Source of the DNA: Arenicellales bacterium
GTDB taxonomy: Bacteria > Pseudomonadota > Gammaproteobacteria > Arenicellales > JAJDZL01
Length of the DNA: 64,000 bases
Assembly: GCA_965214785.1 (NCBI GenBank)
Contig: OZ243975.1
Coordinates: forward strand, 132,914-196,913
Reading direction: 5' to 3'
Made by a program: the position numbers and the translations under genes
The notes under the pieces: model-generated
Told to the model about the DNA's origin: nothing
What the model saw: only the letters and a program-made list of their open reading frames with translations
Databases searched by the model: none
Part shown: piece by piece, positions 27,715 to 36,200 of the stretch
Numbering within the stretch: position 1 is the stretch's first letter
Layout of the letters: the number at the start of each line of letters is the position of its first letter

Positions 27715-30225
27715 TTGTGCTCAGCCTTATCCGCAGCACTTGCAGTTTCGCTTGCAGAAGCTGATACCACACAGCAGACGATTGAACAGGCCATTGACTA
27801 TCCGGAAGGTGCTGTAGTTAGAATCACTTCTGTCGCACCCAAAGATGCGCTGTGGACGCTTGAGGGTGAAGACGCAGAAAGATTTTTGATCGAAGGTGGC
27901 GCACTTCGATTTTCCGATGATGGCTTTCGAGTCGCCCGACCCGATTTTGAAATCCCCCGTGATGCAGACGGGGACAATGTCTACCGCGTTCGCGTATCGC
28001 GCATCACCGATGATGCAGACAAAAAGCGAAGCTATGATTTCGTAATCAGGGTCACCGACCGCGATGAACCAGGTCGCATCAAGACATCCACCGTTCACCC
28101 AGTCAGCGGTGAAACTGTTCAGGTTCATCTTACAGACCCCGATGACATCGAAGGAGAGATCCGATGGCGCTGGCAGCGTTCGGCGGAACCTGACCAATGG
28201 ATTTCCATTGATGCCGTCAATTCTTCCTCCTACACCCCAAACGCAGGCGATACAGGTCACTTTATTCGCGTCATCGCTGAGTACCACGACCGTCTAGGCG
28301 GTCCCCGTACGGTAAAGGCTCTTTTGCCTGAAACCGTAATTGGCCCAAAGCTACTGTCTTTAGATGCCAAAACCGACCATGGCGGAAAAACACTTCATCC
28401 GCTGTTTGACCCTGTCATCACACACTACGGCATCGAATGTGACGAGCGCGATGTGTTGAGTGTGAACTTCACTTTACCACAAGATATCAAAGCATCAGTC
28501 AACGGCATACAGCCTCGCCCTGGGCGCAAGACAGGAGCAGCGGCAGCTGTAGAAGAAACCAGCGATACAAAGATTGTCTTATCTCAAGCTGACGGTGCGA
28601 GTACGACCTACACCATACACTGTCTGCCACAGCAGCTTGCCAAGATACGAACCAAACCTGATCCGAACAATCCGCTTGGCGTACTGCTTGGGGTAACAGC
28701 AGGGCCCTTTGCAGCGGTGATTGATGAAAACGGTGTCTCGCGCGCGCATATCAAGGCAAGCCGCGGCAATGCAGGTTTCTTTTTTCGACATTTTGGTTCA
28801 GGGCACAACATGCGCTGGGCGCATGTTGAAACATCAGCAGAAAAAAAACAGCACTGGCGAGTACTTGATCGAAACTTCAATACGTTGCGCACTGTTGCCA
28901 CCGCTTCGCCTTTGACCACGACGGGGCGTCACGACTTTCGGCTGCTTGAGGACGGTTCTTCGATGCTGATGACTTATGAACCTCAGTTTCGGGACTTCAG
29001 TTATCTTTCTTTTGGTGACCTGGACGGTGAGCCGTGGGGAAGTGCTGTAGAAACCGAAGATTCAGCTATTCAGTGGCTCGGTCCTGACGGCAAAGTGCGC
29101 TGGACCTGGAATTCCTGGGGCCGAATACCACTTGAAGACTGTTCACAGCACCGTTTTCCCCGGGACTGGGCGCATGTCAATTCAATTGAATGGACAGATC
29201 AAGGCGTACTGGCATCTTTTCGCGGCTGCTCTTCAATTTTGATGATTGACCCTAAAGCTCCATCAGGAGACGAGATCGTCTGGCGTATTGGCAGAACCAA
29301 TTTGCAGGCAGATCAGTGGAAAGAGCGTGATCTTAGTCCGCCTCCGCTTGCGATTGTCGGTGATCCGGAAGGAGAGTTCTGCGGTCAGCACGCGGCAATG
29401 CTGCTGGCGCCACCTGCAGGATTGAAGCTTTCGCGCTTACTTTTGTTTGATAACGGTGTTGCTTGTGTAACCGACCCTCATACAGGCGAGTCACTTGGAC
29501 GCCAGTCTGACCGTTACAGCAGAGTTGCAGAATACGCAATTGATGTTGCAAACGAAGAAGCGATCTTTGTACGCGACCATGCTCTTGGCAATAGCCGAGA
29601 CCGCCTTGGCTTTGCAGGCGGTCATGTAGAACCTTTATCTGACGGCAAGTGGCTTGTGAGCTGGGGCGGAGGCGGGCCTAAAAACGATGTCGAAAGCGGC
29701 GGTCTTGAGATTAATGATTTGGTGACGGTAGTTGATTCAAACAAAGGACAAGAAACCTTTTCCATCCCGGTTGGCGATGATGACAAAGCGACTGCCGGAT
29801 TTCGGGTACTGCCTGTTGCATTGGATGTGTTGATGCGCCCGCAAGCGCAATTGCATGCATTTTTTCCAGACCCGCTGCCACAATCCCACGACGGAGCAGG
29901 CGAGACGTTTTCGATTCTTGTGTCTTTTTCTCGGCCCATATCAGACTTTGGTGTAGATACCCCGTCCATTGAGATTACCGGCGGTGAACTTACCGACGTA
30001 CGACCTTTCACTTCATTCGGGCGACCTGCAAACAGTTATGAGATTTTCATTAAACCTGCTGCAAACGATCCGGTGTGCCTGTCGTTTCGGACAAAAATCA
30101 GCTGCACTGAAAAAGAAAGCATATGCAGTGCTGACGGGACTGAGCTCACCGAAGCGCCAGAACCTTTTTTGATTCCAGGCAGTGACTTATCCGACGGTCA
30201 GTCGCACACAAACAAGTGCACATGA
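27715..30225 (+). CDS. Secreted cadherin-like + arylsulfotransferase (ASST)-like beta-propeller protein
   Basis: N-terminal cadherin-like segment (DADGDNVYRVRVSRITDD...VIRVTDRDEPG). ASST-type motif DWAHVNS at 29164-29184. The TTG start leaves only a truncated signal peptide (MCSALSAALAVSLAEA). The frame is open back to 27589. Confidence 0.65.
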   Translation: MCSALSAALAVSLAEADTTQQTIEQAIDYPEGAVVRITSVAPKDALWTLEGEDAERFLIEGGALRFSDDGFRVARPDFEIPRDADGDNVYRVRVSRITDDADKKRSYDFVIRVTDRDEPGRIKTSTVHPVSGETVQVHLTDPDDIEGEIRWRWQRSAEPDQWISIDAVNSSSYTPNAGDTGHFIRVIAEYHDRLGGPRTVKALLPETVIGPKLLSLDAKTDHGGKTLHPLFDPVITHYGIECDERDVLSVNFTLPQDIKASVNGIQPRPGRKTGAAAAVEETSDTKIVLSQADGASTTYTIHCLPQQLAKIRTKPDPNNPLGVLLGVTAGPFAAVIDENGVSRAHIKASRGNAGFFFRHFGSGHNMRWAHVETSAEKKQHWRVLDRNFNTLRTVATASPLTTTGRHDFRLLEDGSSMLMTYEPQFRDFSYLSFGDLDGEPWGSAVETEDSAIQWLGPDGKVRWTWNSWGRIPLEDCSQHRFPRDWAHVNSIEWTDQGVLASFRGCSSILMIDPKAPSGDEIVWRIGRTNLQADQWKERDLSPPPLAIVGDPEGEFCGQHAAMLLAPPAGLKLSRLLLFDNGVACVTDPHTGESLGRQSDRYSRVAEYAIDVANEEAIFVRDHALGNSRDRLGFAGGHVEPLSDGKWLVSWGGGGPKNDVESGGLEINDLVTVVDSNKGQETFSIPVGDDDKATAGFRVLPVALDVLMRPQAQLHAFFPDPLPQSHDGAGETFSILVSFSRPISDFGVDTPSIEITGGELTDVRPFTSFGRPANSYEIFIKPAANDPVCLSFRTKISCTEKESICSADGTELTEAPEPFLIPGSDLSDGQSHTNKCT

Positions 30226-30292
30226 ACAAATCAACAGATCCAAAACCCTTGCGCGTTCGTCGCAATCGGTCAGATAACAAAGGAGTTTACCT

Positions 30293-33200
30293 ATGAACGG
30301 TTCAAGCAAAGATCGAACTGACAATCCGGTTATTGAAATTAGGCTCTGGTCTTGGTTTAAGCAGTGTAGTCGATTGAATCGTTGCGAGGCTGGCGCTGCA
30401 TCGCAATATGCTGGACGCTTATTTCGAAATGTGATGACCGGATTTATAGCACTGCTGGTAGCAGTCGGGCTTTCTGCCGGGGCACAGGCGCAAACGCCGA
30501 CGCTGCCCGCTGTCGCACCGACGGAAATCTACGAAGGTGAGACGCTTGAGTTCACACTGTCCGTGACAAGGAATTTCGGTCTTTTTCCTTGGACAGATGG
30601 CTACAATTATTTAGAACCTGATTCGGGAGGCACGGCAACCGAGGGAAACTCTAGTGACTGGTATCTAGCTGACAGCGGCGGAAACCGAATAGCGCAGTAT
30701 AGCCAATCGAACAGCACTCCAAGGCTAGTGACTACAGGCGACGGTACTCAGTACTACGAAATTGACTTTCGTCTGCACGCGAGAGCAGACAGCGCCACCG
30801 AGAGCGATGAAACGATCCGTTTGTATTTGCATGATGAGTATGATTCCCACGATAACGATTATCTCACAATCACCCTGAAGGACGGCACGCGCCCGGTGAT
30901 GGTCACCGACGGCGTAACCCTTTCCGCATCCGCCCTTACCCTGACCGAACTTGGCTCATCCAGCGATGTCGAGAAGACCTACACCGTAGTGCTCGACACC
31001 GATCCGGGCGCCGATGTGACCTTCACGGCGACGGTGCCGGCGGCAAACAGCTCCGAGGTCGAGATCAAGACCGGCAGCGGCGCTTTCGGCAGCAGCGCCA
31101 CGCTCACTTTCACCCATGGCAATACCGGCAACTGGAGTTCGGCGCAGACGGTGACGGTCAGGGCGCTGAACGATGCCGATGCAACCAACACCACCTCCTT
31201 CAACCTCACCCACAGCCTGACCGTGGCCAGCGGTCCCTACGCAAGCATCACACCGGACCCGGTCGCGGTGTCGGTGACCGACGCCGGCCACGGGGTCACC
31301 GTGTCCAAGGCCAGCGTTTCGCTGGCGGCGGACGGCACCGTGGACTACACGATCCAGCTCAAAAGCCAGCCCGGCGGCTCGGTGGTCATCACGCCGACCT
31401 CGAGCGCCACGGCGAGGGCCACGGTGTCGGGCGCCCTGACTTTTACGAACTCGAACTGGTCCACGCCGCAGACGGTGACCGTGACTGGCGCTGGCACCGG
31501 CTCGGCCACGATCAGCCACATGGTGACGACCGGCACCACGGACTACCCGACCAGTACGACGATCGCCTCGGTGACGGCGACGGTGAACGCGGCAGCCAAC
31601 AATACGCCGACGGTGGCCAACATGATCCCCGACCAGACGGCGACAGTGGGCACGGTGCTGAGCTACGCCTTCCCGGCCAACACCTTCAATGATGCCGACA
31701 ACGACAACCTGACCTACAGCGCAACCAAATCCGACGACACTGCCCTGCCGACCTGGCTGACCTTCACCTCGGGCACCCGCACCTTCTCGGGTACGCCGCA
31801 GGCGGCCGATGTCGGCACGCTGTCGGTCAAGGTGACGGCGAATGACGGCAACAGCGGCACCGTCAGCGACACGTTCGACATCGTCGTGTCCCACCCCGCC
31901 CGGAACCTCGATATTCAGGTGGCCGACGCCTATGAAGGCGAGAACATCGTCGTCACCCTGACCCTGAGCCGGGCGCCGGGCAATGTGGTCGCGCGCCAGC
32001 GGACCTTCAGGGTCAGCACAGACGTTCCGTCAGCTTCCAACGTCAACATCTGCATCTCATCCTATGGCTGCGAGGCCGGCAGCACGCCCGCCGCGGCCGC
32101 AGACTTCTTCACGGTCACCGGAACGGACGTCGTGTTCGGCCCCAGCGACACCGTGAAGTCCGTCTCCCTCCCGACCGTCACCGATTCCGCGAGCGAGGGG
32201 GTGGAAGTGGCGTCAATCGATATCTTGTACAGTCCCGGAACGGGCGACCTGGGCATCTTCACCCATGGCAGCACGCAGGTCACCGGGCGGAATGGGTTCA
32301 TCGCTGCTCCGAATCTTCAAGAAACCAACATAGAAGTCGGCTCATACGGCCAGATCCGGGACGGCGCCCGCCCGGTACCGATCACCATCACCGAGGCCGG
32401 AGGGACCACGGTCAGCGAGGACGGCAGCACCACCACGGACAGCTACACCGTGGTGCTGGACAGCCAGCCCAGAGCCAGTGTGACGGTGTCGGCCACCGCC
32501 GGCACGGGCGCGCAGGTGCAGGGCCCCGGCGGCACAGCGGGCGGGGCGGCAACCCTCACCTTCACCACCACGAACTGGAACCAGGCGCAGACGATCACCG
32601 TCACCGGCGTCGATGACGACATCGACAATACAGGCGATGCGCGCACCGTGACCATCGCCCACGCGGCGAGCTCCACCGATTCCACCTACACCATCGCCAA
32701 CGCGGGCGAAGTGAGCGTCACCGTCACCGACGACGACACGGCGGGTCTGGTTTTTAGCCCGGATCCCGTCTCGGTGAACGAAGGCGAAACCGGCAGCTAC
32801 ACGGTGGCGCTTGCCAGCGAGCCGTCGGGGAACGTGACGGTCACCATCACCGGGCAGGGCGGCAGCACCGACCTGACACTGGACACCGACAGCGTCATGG
32901 CGGGCGATCAGGACACGCTCACCTTCACGACCTCGAACTGGAGCGCGGCGCAGACCGTAGAGCTCACCGCGGCAGAGGACAACGACAGCAACAACGATTC
33001 GATCACCCTCGCCCATGTGCCCACGGGCGGCAGCTATGGCAACGCGCAGAACAAGAACCTCGCGGTCACCATCACGGACGACGAGGGGCTGACGCCGGTG
33101 ATCTCGATGTCGCTTCCGAGCGGCGAGAGCGAGATGTACACGGATGACGACGAGCTGATCCGCCCGGAAAGCGAGGGCGGTACCGGCGTGCTGTTCACCG

Positions 33201-36200
33201 TGAGTGCCGACCGGCCGCTGCCGAGCACGCTGACGGTGTGCGTGCGGGTGACCGAGAGCGGCGGCGACCGGGTGACCTCGGGCAATGAGGGCATCAAGAC
33301 GGTGAGCCTGCCCAGCGAGACCCTCACCACCAGTTCGAACACCCACAGTCTCACCTGGACAAACACGAACACGGACGACCAGGACAGCAGCGTGACCGTC
33401 GAGATTGTGGCGCCGAACACGGCGAGCTGCTCGGCAACCAATGGCAGCTACACGGTCTCGTCCAGCGACGCTTCCGGCAAGCTGCTCATCAAGGACGACG
33501 AGCCGACCACGGTCGAGCTCACGAGTTCCGACAACACCATGATCGAGGGCATTGCCGCGCACACGGCGACGCTCACGGTCTCGCTGTCCCGCCAGCTCTA
33601 CGCCGGCGAGGTCATCGTCGTGCCGTTGACGTTGGCGTCGAGCACCGGAGCGCGGCTGCCGGGGAGCACGAACAGCGGCACCGCCAACCACGACTTCACG
33701 GTCGCGGCCGCGGCTGCGTCCGGGCATAGCGGCGTGACGATCGCGGACGAGGAGACGGCCACGCCGAGCCTGACCTTCACCGGCCACGGGACCAACACGG
33801 TGCAGACGGCGACGGTGACGCTTACCCCGGTGGCGGGCCGCAGTGACGGGGACAGCACGCCTGAGACGATCACCGCGACGCTGGCGACGGACAGCGTGCT
33901 CGGCGCGTCCGGCACGAGCACGACGGTGAGCGGCGGCGCGGCGCGGCATGCGTCGAACTACATGGTGAGCCTGACGTTGGCCGAGCCCGGCACGCCGGGC
34001 ATCACCCTGTCGCCGCCCGGCTCGCTGCGCCTGCTGGAGACCGGCACGACGAGCTACACGGTAGTGCTCGACGCGGCGCCGACGCATGATGTGACGGTCA
34101 CTGTTACCAAGAGCCAGGCGGGTTTAACGGGAACGGGACGCACACCCGACCAAAATGCTGCGGACCCCAGCTCGAATCAACTCACCTTCACGACTACGAA
34201 CTGGAGCCAGCCGCAGACGGTGACCGTGACGGGGGCGGACGAGTCCGGCAGGCACCGGAACCGCGCGATGCGTTTAATCCATTCGGCAGGATCGACCGAC
34301 TCCCGCTACACTGGCGTCAACACCAACATCCGGGTCGACGTGGACGACGCGCCTGAGCTCGAGGCGTGGGATCTGGCGGTAATGAACGCCAATGACTACG
34401 TTGCCAAACAGCGCCCGAACACCGTCAAGGCGACGCGGGGGTTCAGGTATTTCCAGAATGATATGACGCCAATTTACCCGCTGCGTTACCAATTGCGTCT
34501 GTCGAACCGCCCGGCGAGCGGCGAAACGGTGACGGTGACGGCAACATCGAGCGACATCAGCAAGTTCGGTCTGTCCCTGACCTCGGGAGGTACGCCGCAG
34601 GCATCGCTGACGGTGACCTTCGAGGACCGCCCGGCCGACCGGGTATGCTTCAATGGGGGTCACAGCTCTTTGTTTGACGTTAACACGTCGAACCCGGACG
34701 CGTCCTGGGCGTGCTATCGCCAGATCTGGGTCATCAGCACGCAGCAATATTCGACCTTCGAGAAGGGTTGTGCCAACATTACCCACACGGCCTCGGGTGG
34801 CGGCCTGCGCAGCACGGCCATCGGGACGATCCGCGCGCACGCCGTTGCCGGCACCGCCTTTGCCCCCTACAGCGCCCCGGGTAGCGATTGTCCCCTTATT
34901 ACCGAGGAACTCAGCACCGGCCGCTCGGCACCCGCTAAGGCCGCCCCCACACCCACCGAGGTGGTGGCCAATGTTCAGGTGACGGCGGTGGACGACACCA
35001 GCGCCAGCGTCACCTGGGATGCGGTAGAGCACGCCACCTCCTATGACGTGTCGTGGAGTGCTGAAAGCAGCGACGCTCTGAACGCTTCCGCTGGTGACTT
35101 GCCAGGCATAACGGGTACCACGGCCACCATCGACCACGGCGCCTCGGTACCGATGACGCTTACGGTTACAGTAACACCGGAATATGTCGATGAAAACGGT
35201 GACACCGTACAATTGGATGATCTTGGTACAACAGCGACATTGGAAGTCGGCCCTGGAAGCGATGCCCTTCGTACTGAAGCACAAAGCCCGGATACACAAT
35301 CGACGCAATCGGCTGTGACAACAGTGCAGCGTTTGGAGGCAGCTAAGCTGTGCGTGTCAGACACGTTGATGGAAAAGACAAAGCGCTACTACGAACTTCA
35401 CCGAAACAAGGCACCGGGTTATGGTGCCAACTGGTTTGCTATTTTGACTGCGTTTGGCGAACGTACGCAAGCCGACTGGACAGCTGACAGTCGTAGCATA
35501 GAGCCGATGAGCAGCGCTTCTTCGCGCGAGCGCGAGTCGAAGTGGAGCGGCTGGAAGCCTTTTACCGAAGCATTGGAATGTGTAGAGGCAGAACTTGCAA
35601 AGGTACAAGCTGCCGCACAAGCCGAAGCACAAGCGGCAGAACAAGAGGCAGAACAAGCCGATAAAGTCGCACCACAAGTGCTACCGGATGATCTGACAGT
35701 GACATTGGAATCCGCTGATTCAGCATCCGGCGTAACAGAAGGTACGCAAGTGTCGTTTACGCTAAAGACAGACAGTGCACCGACAAAAGAGCTTGAAGTG
35801 ACGGTAACGGTCACTCAGACAGGCAGCGTTGCAGATACTTCAGCCACAGGCGAGCGTACGGTGACCATCCCGGTCGGTAAGACAGAAGCTGCTTTTACAG
35901 TTGCAACAATAGCTGATGACACCGATGAGGTACAAGGTTCTCTAACGGCAACCGTATCAGACGGTACAGGCTATAAGACAGAGGATCAAAGTGCAAGTGT
36001 AACGGTAGCTGTAAAAGATGATGATGCAACATCCATCACGCTCAGTGCCAGTGCAGATGATCTGACAGAGATTGTTTCTGAAGGATCAAGTGAAAAGACA
36101 CTGACGGTAACCTTGGGGCGTACACTGATCGAAGGTGAAAGCATCGAAGTGCCGCTTGTCTTTACCGGCACCGCATCGCTTGGCAGTGACTATACGCTTG

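Noticed and set aside
27589-30225. Annotating the ASST-like gene as a pseudogene because it lacks an ATG or GTG start
   Set aside because: A TTG start exists and the 836-codon frame is otherwise intact. The defect is confined to the leader and is better treated as a possible phase-variable or mis-sequenced homopolymer.
31000-34300. Repetitive ~300-nt modules in the adhesin as a possible CRISPR-like or tandem DNA repeat array
   Set aside because: The repeats are protein-domain repeats that are strongly diverged at the nucleotide level. They are in frame and lack a short conserved repeat-spacer organisation.
30956-35308. Three long minus-strand ORFs (30956..31894, 32342..34087, 34274..35308; 312, 581 and 344 aa) inside the adhesin gene
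   Set aside because: Their translations are Arg/His/Gly/Ala-rich low-complexity strings. They lie antisense to a frame with recognisable domains. They occur only where GC3 is extreme, so stop codons are rare. These are typical shadow ORFs.
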